Positions 23,574 to 37,500 of a stretch of DNA of 64,000 nt are shown here, piece by piece. The stretch spans positions 60,316-124,315 of the forward strand of contig LPNZ01006811.1 of the NCBI GenBank assembly GCA_001655205.1, given 5' to 3'. The position numbers and the translations under genes are program-made. Every line of letters starts with the position of its first letter. The first letter of the stretch is position 1. The notes under the pieces are model-generated. The model ran no database searches. It had not been told where the DNA came from and saw only the letters and a program-made list of their open reading frames with translations. Origin of the DNA: Lenisia limosa (lineage: Eukaryota > Protista > Breviatea).

Positions 23574-26304
23574 TCAAACAAGAGCATTTCTTGCCTGAAC
23601 CAGAATGTTGAACGCTGCTTTGATGTCTTCCGAAGTTTGGTCTGGGTGACATACGACAAATCGCATGACATATTTGTTTTCACCATTTCTAAAACGATTA
23701 CAGAGTCAGAGAGAGAAAAGAAGATTCTCTTTATTCCTACAATTCAAGCTTAGTGTGTGTCATAAAGGCTTCACCTGAACTATTGATCCTCTGGAGTGTT
23801 ATGAGGGAAGATGGGGACTCACTTCCAAAACCAACGAAGAGGATACCCCTATTGCTTCGAAACAAACACAACCAAGCGATGTAGGGAGAAGTAGCCTGGT
23901 GTTAGTTGGTGAACAAGTTCAATTAGCCCACCTAAATTCGGTGGAACTTAAGACAAGTTCTGAAAACTCAGAGGCCAATTTGGAGTGCTGAAGAAAAGTC
24001 AGAAAACCCTTGGGAAAATATGAATTATACCTTTTCGACCATGTCTTGGATTCCTCTTACTCCATAACTTCTGAGAACGAACCACTTTATTTAATCAGAT
24101 ATGAACTTTGAACAAAAAATCATGAGCCCTTACCAATTTCAAGCTTCTCATTGATCGTCCGAGAGGAATCTGCCAGTTTCTAAGATCAGGAATTACAGCT
24201 GACAGAATTAACAGGACAATATCTTTGTGGATACTAACCTTCATCAGTGAACTTATTTTTGAGATACTCTGGATCAACGCTCAGAGCATCTTCTAAAAGT
24301 GATGTATCGCGAACCCTGGTTTTAAGACACTCTTAAAGGCTTACCAAAAAAGACTGCAGTCAAAGTTTGTAAGCATCCATTTATGAGCATTAGTCACAAA
24401 TGAGTCAGCAACAGAGATTCCTTTCAACACAATATCACGATTCTAAAACGTTAGCCCCTATATCATGTTTTTCTTTCAACCTTGTCACATATCGCAGCAA
24501 TACCAGCATATGCAGCGTCAAAATGCACCCAAGGCTTCATTGGAGCTTTGGAAACTAAAGACCTAAGCCAAGTCTCAAACTTACATTTGGACAAAGCTGC
24601 TTCTGGATCATCAAATGCCACACTTGAAGTTGATCCCATTGTAACGTGAAGCAAAATAGGAATTTGGCCTTTAGCAAGACTCTCCTATTTATTAAATATC
24701 GGTGATAGTTTAATACCTTCACTTTCATGTCTAAGTCAGTGACGTCTATACCCATTCCATCACTTTTGACAGAACAGTGGGTAACACCGGCAACACGACA
24801 CGCCTTGAACAAAGATGAGTGTGCCTGCCTGGTGAATATTGCTTGCACATCGCACAGTATTAGGTCACAGATCACAAATACTACATGACAATCAACAAAC
24901 TTGGTCTGAGGAGAAACAAATAAATCCATCATGAGTTTTTTCAGGGAATTGTTTGACAGCTTTCTCTCTTGAAGCTAAAACGGCAACCTGATTCAGTCAG
25001 CACTGAATTTTGTAAAGTCACCCACCAGAGTTGACTCGCTTGCCGAACCTTGGATGAGACCTCCGCCGGTTTTTGAAGCATCTTATTATTAAGAGATACA
25101 ACTTACAAGGACTGGGAAAAGAAAAAAAGGGGTACTATGTCTCATTTAGAGTGGCGAAGAATGCAAAAAGAATCATACTACTGTTTATATATCCTCAAAC
25201 TGGGGTCTGAAGGTTTGTTAAAGAAGTCTTGTGGAAGTCCTAAAGCATCGGCCATCCAATCCAACATCACAAGTTCTAACTCAGTGCTACAGTGAACAGT
25301 GAACACAATAAAGAAATATAACATTAGAACAACATGCAAACAACTATTGTCTAAAGTCAAACAACAGTTCTCAATCATAAGTGTAACGATAAGACGAACC
25401 CAAAAGGGGCTGCCATCTTGATAAAAGGGTATGTTACAATTGAGTATTGTTCAAGGATGTATTCGCCTATAAAAAAAGCAACTAATTATTTCCTTCCGTG
25501 ATGTTGAGTCCATGAAGATAATATGCCGAAAAAATTGGTCCTACCATGCAGGGGAACATATCCATGAGAATCCAATGGGATTAAAAGCAGATTCTAAAAT
25601 GGAAGCTGCCATAGAAGCTGGAGAAGTCTATATATTAAGGCTTTTTAGAAAATGCTATAATATACCCCAGACTTACTTGTGCGGGAAAATAAGCATGGAA
25701 ATGTTTGTGCTGCCAATGTGTCAATCCTGTGGTGTAACCAAATGTAATACACAGTTAAAAGAACTATCAAGGAACAAACCAGGAATAATGAGTTTTTGAA
25801 CATCTTTCAAGATAGCTGGAATATCTTCACCATCTATACTGTAAAATCCCATAATAGAAAATGAGGAAAGTGGAGTATTTATTCCCAGATGATAAGTTGA
25901 TCATGAATGTTGAAATGCGATAGAGGAGAAACCAAAGAGGGGAGGAACTCAACATGATATATAGTAATGAGAAATAATCCTCAGAAAATCTGTCCTATCT
26001 TCACATAATTGAATACCTTTCGGAGGGGTCTTTGGAAGTAGTTCCCTTAGGTAATTTGGTTTAACCTGGCTCAAAACAGGCTTCTCATCAAGGGTTGCAT
26101 AGTAATCTAATTGTTTGTCAAATGTAAGAATATGTGAAATATGTGATATGGATCCTCCATTTTTTTGTTTCCTAACAGCATCACTTTCATGACAACTCCC
26201 AACCTCCAACCTCCAATACCAATGCCATCCAACCAACCGGCAATGAAGTCTACAGCCGCGTGTCCCTGACGTCGGAACTCCTCACTGTCAAACACCTTGT
26301 CCAT
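23574..26304 (-). CDS. DDC: PLP-dependent aromatic L-amino-acid decarboxylase (group II; DDC/TDC family)
   Basis: EEFRRQGHAAVDFIADYY, VKPNYLRELLP, GLTHWQHKHFHAYFP, TELELVMLDW, GGGLIQGSASESTL, QAHSSLFKA, WVHFDAAYAG, PLP lysine motif TNAHKWMLTNFDCS, DPEYLKNK, and RNWQIPLGRSMRSLKL. Confidence 0.95.
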
Positions 26305-26629
26305 TTCGTTTGCTTCTAAAAACACACAAAGTTATAATGCTTCACAGTTGCTTCATGTACAATTATAATGTTTGATTTTTAATGCTTGATTGCACAAATA
26401 ATCAATGAATAAAAAATTTGATATTTGTGAAGGAAATCCCGAAGAATGGATTGCTTTTGATTACTTGCCTCCAAATTTTCTCTTCTCAACCTCTCTCTTG
26501 CGCCTCTCTCTCTTTTATCTAATTACTGTCTTATTATCTTATTATTAATAATAAGCTTTTTGTGGTGGCTCACCTTGCACCTGCACTTTTTCACTTTATC
26601 TCTCGTCATCATGGGTGGAGTTTCATTCA

Positions 26630-28009
26630 ATGTTGGGTCAGGTGTATCATTGAAAAACGTGTTTAAGCACAACCAAAATTGTATTTTTATTTTGATAACC
26701 CAATCCAGACATATTTTCACCTTTGTTCAGGAAAAGGGTTTCCGCAAGCCAGATTCGAATCTCCGTGTCCCCAAACAGTGTCCTTTGGGCGACTTAAAGC
26801 AGAAAAAGACTGGTGTACGTCCTGGATACAGCCCGCTGGACTGGTATGATGGGATTATTCGGAATGTGCTTTGCGGGTGATGCGATGTTGGATTCAAGAG
26901 AACATTGTATGGATTCAATTCGGATTCAATATGGTGTCCTCAACAAAAATACCATTAAGTTGCTAAACCATTTTTTGGGAAATGATTGTTTTTGTATTCA
27001 TTTTGAATCGTCTGAAAAAGCCCAATTTGACATTAAGGGCTCGACTCTGTGCTAGTGGACAGGACTTAGCCGGAGTTGGCGGAAAGTTTTTAAAGGTGTG
27101 CAGTCTTCCTCGGAAGATTATTTATGGTCACCTTTGTCTTGCCCTTCTTCTTACTATTACCTAAAATTGAGCATTATTGTTGACAAGCGTCAACCACAAA
27201 TCTATCTTTTTGGCATGTGCTTCATTGTATATGGGGCGTGAATAACTGGGTTCTTACAGATTTTGTATTATGACCAGCTTATCACATATCGATATACATA
27301 ATATATACATATATGCATATGATATATTATATGTCTTACATTATCTTGAAATGTGTCACATTTCTTGCTTACTGCACCTTTATACTCGTGTGTAAGCTAT
27401 CGAATGTTGTAAGGGATGGAGGGGAATAAAAATAACCCAGCTTTACTAACACATATTTAACTACTTTTTTTCATTCGCCAAGGTATCACTTGAAGAGCTT
27501 GCTGAGCACGACACTGAAGATGATTGTTGGATCGCTTTCAAGGGGAAGGTTTGATGGAAACATTGGGGTTATGTGAGTATCAGCACACCAACCGATACTG
27601 GATGTTTAAATCGCATTTTTAAAATTTGAAATAAATCGAATCAAACTAACAATTGTCTAAACCCCTCTGATTGTGAAGGTATATAACCTGACCCCCTATC
27701 TTCCGTACCACCCCGGAGGTTAGTTGGGTAGAGTGTAATAACAAACTCTACTTTTGTCACATGTTAACATCTTTACAGGAACGTCTATTCTGGAGTATGT
27801 GTATGGAAAAGATGCAACAGAATTATTTAGTTGGTTGGGTTATAGTTGAAAATATGATTTATGATTTGACAAAGTAAACATCGTAGACCGTTACCATGCA
27901 TGGGTGGCTGGAGACAGAATTATGGAACCCCTTCTTGTTGGTATGCCAATATGCACAAGAAAATCGAGTAATAACAAAACTAATACATTCAGGATACCTT
28001 GAAAACTGA
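26630..28009 (+). CDS. Cytochrome b5 heme-binding domain protein (Irc21/CYB5R4 N-terminal type, no reductase domain)
   Basis: KKTGVRPGYSPLDW, VSLEELAEHDTEDDCWIAFKGK, VYNLTPYLPYHPGG, YGKDATELF, RYHAWVAGDRIMEPLLVGYLEN*. Confidence 0.88.
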
Positions 28010-28085
28010 ACAGCCTTGGATACGGTACCTAATGGACTTAACGTGTCGTCCTCGTTGGGTGTTGAATACACTGGGTTTTGTTGTT

Positions 28086-29301
28086 TCAGAGGAAGTCATC
28101 CAACCATGAAGTGTCAACCTTAGCCTTCAAAATAAGAAATGTGCATTTTTCAATGATGACATCGTATCATATGTTACATAATTCAGTAAACTCTTTTGCT
28201 TTAGTAACAGCAAATCCTTCCATCCTACTCTCATTCATTGTTTTTTGGTCTACCTCCAATATGGAAAATATATTGAGATGAGAAATAAAACTAGGCGGTA
28301 TCTGGCCGAAGCTGTCCACACCATCACGCTTATACGAGATATTGGATATTAGTATAATAATATTAAATCACCCAATCATTTGCCTTACAACTTTGTGCAC
28401 ACAACTTTCTGCGTACCTCCCCAGCACACCTACAAGGATTAGATTCACGAATAAGGACAAAGTCCATGCATAATAACACAGGTTGGCACTCCTAAATCCG
28501 TCTTGCACCACGGATCCAGGAGGTGCCAGATATGGAAAAGAGTAAAAGTGTCGATTATGATTTTGTTGACACCCCCCAAAAAAGTAATAATTTTCCAACA
28601 AACCTTGTTCTCGGTAAATGGTGATGTTTGAGTTGGCTCATTCTGTGGTTTGGACGGCTTTGTTGGGCTGGGCTCTTGGGAGGTGTTGGCTGCCAGCAAA
28701 GATGAAGAAAACAAACGCTGCTGTGTACTAGATTCTGGTTTCGTCTTAGTTTTGGTCCCTTTTTGCTGTTGGCTGGACGAAACATTCAGTCGAATGGCCG
28801 GCGCCGTGTTGGTAAGGTCAATGTGGGCATGAAGCTCCAGAGACTGTGACCTCGGGAGTGAGTCATCGATGTCAACTGGCTTGTCTTGGGGGTTGGGGGG
28901 AATCTTGGATGGGGCTTCAGACTAAACTGTCAAACCCAAACAAACCAAAAACCAAGGAAAGAGATAATACAAACTCATAAATTTTCCAACATACCTTGAG
29001 ATATTTTGGAAGATTTGAGTAGTGGCTAGGTTTTGTTTGGTGTATCAATGATAAGAGAGGGTCTGAAACTTCCTAGGATGTAAAAAAAGGGGGGCCAACT
29101 CTAACATACCAGTGGGTTGGATCCATTATCTTCTTGTTTGCTAATGTCTGTCCAACAAAGATCTCCTCTTATAATAGGGTCGGGGATAGGAACTAAAATA
29201 AGGAAGAGTCACAGCATCAAACCTGGTTGACATGATGGTTGAAGAAGTTCCGTTGTTTTGTTCTTCAGATGACTTCGTGCATCTGTAAGAGGTTGATCCA
29301 T
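28086..29301 (-). CDS. Uncharacterised protein with a Ser/Pro-rich middle region
   Basis: Exon chain MDQPLTDARSHLKNKTTELLQPSCQPVPIPDPIIRGDLCWTD..., IIDTFTLFHIWHLLDPWCKTDLG, with putative end KAKVDTSWLDDFL*. Confidence 0.55.
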
Positions 29302-29355
29302 GCTTAAAAGGGAGACGTGGAGGCAAAAGGGGGAAAAGAAAGGGAGAACATATAA

Positions 29356-29374
29356 ATACCACAGAATGTGGTAT
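29356..29374. promoter_or_regulatory. Palindrome ATACCACA-GAA-TGTGGTAT in the ~115-bp divergent promoter of the orphan gene and VTI1
   Basis: Exact 8-bp inverted repeat centred between the two ATGs (29301 and 29416). Confidence 0.4.
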
Positions 29375-29415
29375 AGAAGTGGTGGGGAGAACAATTCAAA
29401 CACAAAGCTGACAAA

Positions 29416-30940
29416 ATGGCCGACCTAGCTGATACATATGAGGATGAATATACACAGTTGTCCCAGTCTCTATCTCGAAAAATCGCTGGTATTCCCAATT
29501 CTTCCGGAGGTAAGCAGTATACTGCCTTTTAGTATATCTCATTGCTCAGAGGCCAAGAAAAGAGTGATTGCACAGTGTTCAAAGGAGCTTGATGAGGCAG
29601 CTGAATTAGTAAGGGGGGGGGGCAGTTTTCTCCACCTGGCATCCTATCCAGAGTAAAAAACTGAAATCCAGAAGTCTAAAGGGTAATCTTAGGACAATAT
29701 TATCGTTAACATCATGTTTCTTGTCACCACCTTGTCACCTCCTAGTTAACACGCTTCGAAAACGAAGTCAAGAATGCCCCACCAGCAAGAAAGAACAAAC
29801 TTGGTGCCCGCATGAGGTTCCTGAGGAACGATATCACTAAGTTGCGAACTGACCTGAGGAAGAACGAAACTGCTTTGGCTGATGGTGGGAAATACTTTTA
29901 TTTTCTCTCCACTGGACGTTGCTTTGCTCTGACATTCAGATGGAATGGCTCGAGGCGGACTCTTTGACGGTGATGAGAGAGACCTTGAGGTTGGCTTCTT
30001 GGTTCAATGGAGATTTATATAGTGCGATACCCCAAGCTTACGAATCAGAACCAGAGTGTTGACCAGAGAAGTCGCCTCCTCAATGGGCAAGAAAGACTCC
30101 AAGCCAGTTCAGCCCGGTTGCAGAACACACGGAGAGTGGCCCTCGAGTCTGAGGTATGTCTGGGGGAACCATACTGTCGTCATCCTCAGTATTCTCATTT
30201 CATGAAGCCACTTATTGGATTTTGTATCTCATCAAAATTGTATTTCCCCTCCCCCATGCGGTGCTGTAGAAGCGGCCTGGGTTTTGTTTGTTTTGTTATT
30301 ATCAACCCTCATGTGTCGGCAGCCAACAGAGTTGATTTTGGGCTTTTTTTTTTGTTTCATAAATTTTGCCATTTTACTCCCCCCCCCCCTAGGAAATTGG
30401 ACAAACTATCCTCACAGATCTTCACGNNNNNNNNNNNNNNNNNNNNNNNNNNNNNNNNNNNNNNNNNNNNNNNNNNNNNNNNNNNNNNNNNNNNGACTAT
30501 TGGGAGAGCACAGGAGCATGTTAGTGGGGGTCTTTATAAGTATAATATTGGACAAGTATATCCATGGTAAATTTCGTATTTGTTGGGCGCTTGGCTGAGG
30601 CTTTGAGGAGATATCTATATTTGCTTACCCCCCCCCCCCCNNNNNNNNNNNNNNNNNNNNNNNNNNNNNNNNNNNNNNNNNNNNNNNNNNNNNNNNNNNN
30701 NNNNNNNNNNNNNNNNNNNNNNNNNNNNNNNNNNNNNNNNNNNNNNNNNNNNNNNNNNNNNNNNNNNNNNNNNNNNNNNNNNNNNNNNNNNNNNNNNTCG
30801 TCATCCTTATCGGCGCTATGGGCACCATCCTTTACTTCAAATGGATCAAAGTAGGCATCTTTTTTTTTTCTCTATTTAAAGGCTTACCCCCGAAGAAAGA
30901 TGACTCAGAAGATGATAAGGCTGCATCTTCATCAACTTAA
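29416..30940 (+). CDS. VTI1: Qb-SNARE VTI1
   Basis: MADLADTYEDEYTQLSQSLSRKI (Habc domain), DQRSRLLNGQERLQASSARLQNTRRVALESE (SNARE motif), and C-terminal TM VILIGAMGTILYFKW. Partly interrupted by N-gaps. Confidence 0.88.
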
Positions 30941-31042
30941 GTGTTCATGACTGCATCCTTCTGTATTTATTCACCCTATATCATGCCCAATAGATTAAAG
31001 GAAACAAGTTGATGTATAAAGTAGTACAAAATAAAAAATAGA

Positions 31043-34000
31043 TTAGTAAGTGACATTTCCAGCCTCCTTGATGTGATGGTCGTTGAGGTCCTTCAATAGT
31101 CTGTTAATATCAGCCATTACGGCCGAACTATCCGTCTCCCTCTTTCGAGCGTCCACATCTAGAAAATGAGCCTAGTAAACTAAATCTACATGAAGAATCA
31201 TCCAACTGCCCCCAGACATTGAGTTAAGGAATAAACTGATTGTTCGTACTGCTTGATTTTCTCTTCCATAGAAAGCATCTAAAACAATGAGTGACAGTTA
31301 TATTCAAAGCAGTGATACTTGACCACAATAAATAACAGGTCAAGACAGCAAAAGAAAGCAAACCTGGGTTGAAACCTCATCACGAGCCAACGCTGATGTC
31401 GCGTTATCTAGACGACCTTGGAGGACCACAATGTCTGCCTTAATGCTGTCGCGTCTCATTTGACTGGAGTCATGCCGCAAACGCAAAATCTTTGGAGGTG
31501 ATCCGAGATTTCATGTTTATATATCGATATATAGTATTGCTAATGCAATCTTTGGTAAATATCTTATTAAATAGTATATTGTTTTAACTTGTGTTATGAT
31601 ACCCGGTCATACCTTGTTGTCCTCCTGTGCTTGGGCTGTAGCCGATTCAATGTTATGGAACGTCATTATATCGGCCTAAAGAATAAGGGGCTGTGTGAAC
31701 ACAAATAGTCAATACAAAATAAAGACCTCCTCACATTCATTGAATCGATTTTCTTATTCAGTGCTTCGAGTTGGCTGTTGATTTTCTGGTCCAGTTGCTG
31801 GTGAATAAGATATGACAGGATATCAGATATAAAGCTATATGTATGACAGAAGGTGGTAGCAACAGTACCTGCATATCAGAAAGCTCCTTTTCTTTGTCCT
31901 TCCTTTCTGCCAGTGTAAGCAATAAAAAATAGAGGTGAAGAAAAAGCAAACCAGTTTGCAGCAATGTCATTGTCTGTTCAGCATTCTCCATTTCGCCTGT
32001 TTTAAACTCAAGATCACTCTTGAGGTTGGCCATCTCCTTCCGATTCGGCATATTACGCTCAGCAACAATAGCCTGGGACATATGATAGAAGCAGTGCCGC
32101 GAACATACCTTAGAGATGTGTCTGAGAAGAGCAACAATCGTCTCCTCCGACTCATCGTGAATATTCAAGTCGTTAGCACGTGACTCATCAAACTAAACAG
32201 TTACACGGCAGCCAGTCACAAACGGTTTCAAGGAATTCCTGGTACTCTTCGTCTTTCTTGTTCAGTTGCTCTAGCTTCTTTGCTCTTTCGTCTGAAAAGT
32301 AAAAATCCAGTATTGCCAAGATGCTGAAACTTGAATGGACACCCCATTCGCACCATTCGGGTCTGACTCCCTATACAGATCCAAATCGGCCCTCATTCTA
32401 TCAATCTGGTCATGGAGGCCATCTAGCTCCCTCTCCTTCTCCTGTATGATCTGATTGTCTGTTCGGACCTAGATAATCACATCAGCCTTTTCAGAATCAC
32501 GTTATAATGGATAATATACATGCTTAAAATTGCACACATACGCATCTTAGGAGTCTAGACAAAATGAAAAAAGTAACAACCACCAACAGCTTCAAGAAGC
32601 ATTTTCCTTTCTTCCTCTGGTGACATTACGATGTTCTTGGACTTAGGGCCCACTCCCATTATTTCGTCCCTTTCCGCTCTCAGATCGTTCAACTAAAAGT
32701 CAGAAAATACAAGAAGTGAATTATTTCAAGATCTACCCCTCCCCACTAAGTCTTTGAGAGCCACTGCGTCACGTTTGGCAGGGTCAGCCCGAATGTCAGA
32801 CTCCATCGCTCGGATACGCCCGGTAACCTAACAGTCAAAATCAAAGAAACTACAAGCTGATCAAGAAATAAATAACTATAGAGCAAAACAATTCCAGATT
32901 CGAATCTCAATTTAGTTGCATTCTCACAATCCCTACATCTTGAAGTTCACGTTTCCGGGAGTCGATATCATTGAGCAGTTGGTTATTGGACTTCTTGAGG
33001 TCTTGGTAGTATTCTTGCCGATCAGGGGGCTGTGGAAGGTTAAAAGCGCACATGCAGTTGCGGTTAGGAAGAAAAAAAATAATCTCTTTTCAGCCATACC
33101 AATGATGTCATAATAGTTTCCGCTTCATCACGTTTGCTCAAAATCTCATCTTCAATATGGTGACAGTCTGACTCCAACCTAATCATATTAAACCTGCTGA
33201 AAAATCACAATCTTAGACAGGTAAAACAGAATTATTTACCGCTACTCTAGGAAAAGCAAATATACCTTGATCTGTTGGTGAACACCCCGTCAACAATGCG
33301 TTTATTGGACTCATTATCCGACTTCATATTGAAGGCTTCTTCTCTGATTGTCTCTGGATCTGAAACATCAAAAAAAACCCACAACCTTCACAGAATAGAA
33401 GAAACACATTGTTACCCACAAACCAGCTGAAACCTTAATTTTCTCCCAGCAAAGATTGAGGTCAGAGAGCTTCTGCAGTCTCCCACGAACTTCAGCAAGG
33501 CTGGCCTCATGTCTAGATTGTAAAAACACAGCAAGAGGAACTGTCATGGGAAAACGTGTGTAGCTTCACCTTAAATGCTACAAATCCCACTTTTTCTGCA
33601 ATAATCCTAGATTCGCATCGTCATCTTCAAGAGAATTGGCTTCGGCAGTGAGTTTCTGAGTTTCCTCCGTAATAAGACTCAACTTCGAACGAAGAAGCGA
33701 AACAAAGAACGACGAGTCTTCAAACTATCAACGTAAGAATCCATGATGAAACTTCACCCGTAAACAAACGCATACATCTCTCTTTCCTGAGCCAGTTGCT
33801 GTGGGGTTGCCAGGAAGACCTTGCTGTGCAGTTGTTGGCCGTCCCATTCCACCTGCCCCTCCTCCTCCTCCTCCTGGTAATTAGCAAAAACAAAAGTGTA
33901 AAATCATAAAACTATTACCACTTCTCAGTTTTGCATTTCTGTGCATAATCATATTAGATTAACCCTAAACTAGAAAGGTGTCGGGAAGTAAAGGGGAAGG

Positions 34001-34160
34001 AGGAGATCCCATCCTACCAGGAACGTTTCGACCGCCCTTGCTTGAAGGGCGAGCTCCAGTTCCTGGCGGCCCTCCCTCAGCTTGACGACGAGCTAGAATA
34101 AAATTAGGAAGGCAAGGGAGAGGGGAGGGGCCTACCAGCGCTCTGAGGACGCCAACTCAT
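31043..34160 (-). CDS. IFT74: Intraflagellar transport protein 74/72
   Basis: Basic Gly-rich N-terminus with GRPTTAQQGL, DSSFFVSLLRSKLSLITEE, EETIVALLRHIS, and KEMANLKSDLEFKTGEMENAEQT. These match remembered IFT74 segments (RPVTQQGL, DKSYYLGLLRSKI, NIVALLEH, DDLNFKSTE). Confidence 0.88.
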
Positions 34161-34586
34161 TTTTCCAGTTTTCCTGAGGACACAAACTCAATAAAAACCA
34201 CAAATAAACAAATAATAATAACTGTTCTCTCTTGGCAATATACAATTAAGGAGTATAGGTCAGGAGGGGTTTTTCCCAGGGTTTTCGCTGGTTTCCTCGA
34301 CACAGGGGGGTGGCCGCGGCCGCCCCAGGAGGTTTCGCCATTTCCATTACCCTTCATATTCGATATATTTTTTTCGCCAGGTTTCGAAGATTGCATTTTC
34401 ACTGAAAGTTCTGCCATTCTTTCCCTTTTTATCTCAAGCACTCCTGTGCATTTGTGTCACTGTAAAGAGAGAGAATACATTAAGAGGGTATTGGGTTATT
34501 CTGTGGTTATTTTGTCGTTTTTCTGTAGAGTTTGCTTTAGACAGTCACTTTTTCGGCACCTTCTATTGCATTAAATAGAGTTCAAG

Positions 34587-37500
34587 ATGTTTGCCTCTCA
34601 AAAATGCGTAAGAATGGCAGTTAAACGTCCTTATCGATAATCAAATATTCTTATCCGCTTTTTGCTTTGATAGGGGAGGGATGTAATTTAATTGAGGCTC
34701 AAATATGTTGGTTATTTTTTACCCTAAAGCAGACATTAAGCTAACTGTTTTCAGGTCCGCTGCGACAAAACCGTGTACGACATGGAAGCTGTCACTGGTC
34801 ATTCAGATGTTTGCTGTTCATGGTCAAAGAGGATGACTTGTCTCATCGTTTAGTATCACAAGCAATGCTACTCATGCCTTGAATGTGGCATGAAGTTGAT
34901 TGGCAAGAGAGCCTTCGCACATCCATCAGGAGTGGACATCGTCTGTGGTATCTGCATCCAGAGCATGTTTGCTGCATTTCTTCAGTCTCTTCACTCCCTA
35001 GCCAATATGATAAGGAAGATACCTCGCGGTTCAACTGCGNNNNNNNNNNNNNNNNNNNNNNNNNNNNNNNNNNNNNNNNNNNNNNNNNNNNNNNNNNNNN
35101 NNNNNNNNNNNNNNNNNNNNNNNNNNNNNNNCCATTCATACATTGTCTATTTATTATATTTCGGAGGATGTCTGAGTTATTCGAAAGTCGAAACTGACTG
35201 AGCAGAATGTTTCCGCTGCCCCATCTGCCCCCCTGAGGCACCAGCTATTCCTACCGACAAAGAGTATCACACACATCAAGGGTGGCCTTATTGGTTGGCA
35301 AATTATGGCATACAGGAGCTGTTAATCATGCTTCTCTTCTGTGTCTGTATCTCAAAAAGACTCAGTATTGATAGATTGCTTTTGAAGAGTTATTGTTGAG
35401 ATTTGCCGGAAGTTGAAATTGATTTACCCTATTTTTGCGCTGTAATCAAATTCTAGATCGTGGCAAGGCGCTTTTTAAGACTTTTTCAAACAAAAACATT
35501 CTATGTGATATATTTGACTGCTTCATTTATTTCTCCACTCACTATGCAGTAAACTTCACTACGCTGATTACAATGATGTCCAATGTAGTCATTGCAAAAC
35601 AGTATGCTGCCTTTCCGTTGACCTCCCATGCAGCATATTTATGTTAATTATCCAGGCTGTCTGCGCTGGAGATCCAGTTGCTGTTGTTCAAGATTCATGG
35701 GTTCATGCTGAGTGTGAGATGCCTTACAAAGGTGGGGTAGGAATGTTGATTCACTCTAGTTTTTGTCCTTGTAAAAATGTCGATGAGACTACCATTTCTT
35801 GGGCAAGCTGACATCTTACCATGTAGACAACCTGGGCTTAAATGCGCCGCCGGCACGCATGCCGCCGGGCCCTCCAACAGATGGACGTGGGCGTGGTCGC
35901 GGCAGAGGCAGAGGACGCGGTCGTGGCCGTGGAGCACGTGGAAGAGGTGTGTGTTCATTTGGGCATTATGCAGTTCATTTTGGGCATTGATCAGTTCTGA
36001 CTCATTNNNNNNNNNNNNNNNNNNNNNNNNNNNNNNNNNNNNNNNNNNNNNNNNNNNNNNNGTAGGAGGACCGCCTCGAGGTGAGGTGAATGAAGAACCA
36101 CACCAGGAGTTTAAATGATAGCATCAGACATAAATTTTTTTTACTATGTTTAGGTGGGGCCCCCTCCAGTGGACCCCCAAGAGGTTTGTTTTCTTCTCAT
36201 CTCCACATTACATCCAAACCATGATAGTATAATATATCATAGAATGCACAGGGTAGGTATAATTGCTGTCGTATAATATATTTGTGTATTTTTACTGTCA
36301 TAGGTGGAGCCCCCTCTCGAGCCCCCCCTGGTCCTCCCCCTGCTGCTGTATCTGTATGTTGAAATTTGCCATTTTCTTACCACATAGAATTACGACGAGG
36401 ATGAGGATGAGGATGAAAATGGCCCTTGCACAAAGTGAGTGATTCTGTTTCAAGAGTATTACTGTGGCTTCCCTTCGTTTCCAACCAAGTGATAATCTTG
36501 TTTTTCATTTGTCATTGCTATATGCATGTCATATATTATGCTGTCGTTACTTACACTTCAGGCCAATGAGAGCACCTCCCTCTCTGCCATCAAGAGCACC
36601 GCCGGGACCTCCAATGGTGGGAACTACCACCACCACTACCACCACGTACCACAGCATTGACCCCGAACCCACTGCTTATGGTGCACATAACGCGAGAAAG
36701 TAGGTACCCGTTGCTTTGCAACCAGAGAACTGACATGTTAGAATTGGTCTTGATGGGGATACTACAGGAGTCTCTTGCATTATTGACCCCCCACCAATGC
36801 CTGCCACAAAAGATGAAGTCAAGGTTAGATTCGAATTCAAAAGACAACAATTTTTGGGAGCATTGAAAAACCAAATAGTAAACGCTTTGTACCAATAAAT
36901 TTTGTTTAGTGGAGTGCCGCAAGTCAAAAATATACGGCCTTGTTTTAGTAGTAGCATCCTCCCTCCCCTGTAACGCAGTGGTGTGGCCTGATAATTTTGT
37001 AATGCTGGCTAGTCAGTGTCTAAAATGATAAAGAAGTTATGTCCACGCTTTTTCATTTTTACTTGCAAAGAGAGTAAAAGCCATTTACTCTTCAAGGTTA
37101 GGAACTCGATCAAACTGGAGTGCGGCATTCAATGTGATGATGTGAGCATTTATACCTAAAAGTTAAAACTGATAGTCATTGACTTTCTCAGATAACACGT
37201 AGTATGATAATTTGATGAGTTTTATTCTTTTTGATGTTGTTGATATGATCAACATAAAGATATATCCGTATCCAATGTCAGTTTGACCTTTTTGTCTTTT
37301 GCTTTTATTTTGTATTACTACATATCTGGTTATCTTCATTATTTTTGAACCGCTGAACCCGTGTATATTAACTATGGTTTAGAGCTCACCATTTTTATTG
37401 GTTTTACTTATGGTGCAGAAGGGAATTGTTTGCCAGGGCCGTCTCTACAAAAAAGGAGGCTCCAATGGAGGCCTTTTCTCGTAAGTTAGATTTCAAGTGA

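Noticed and set aside
26107-26325. Apparent Gly/Trp-rich insertion (GWLDGIGIGGWRLG) at the decarboxylase N-terminus
   Set aside because: It is intron read-through; splicing restores the canonical FIADYY.
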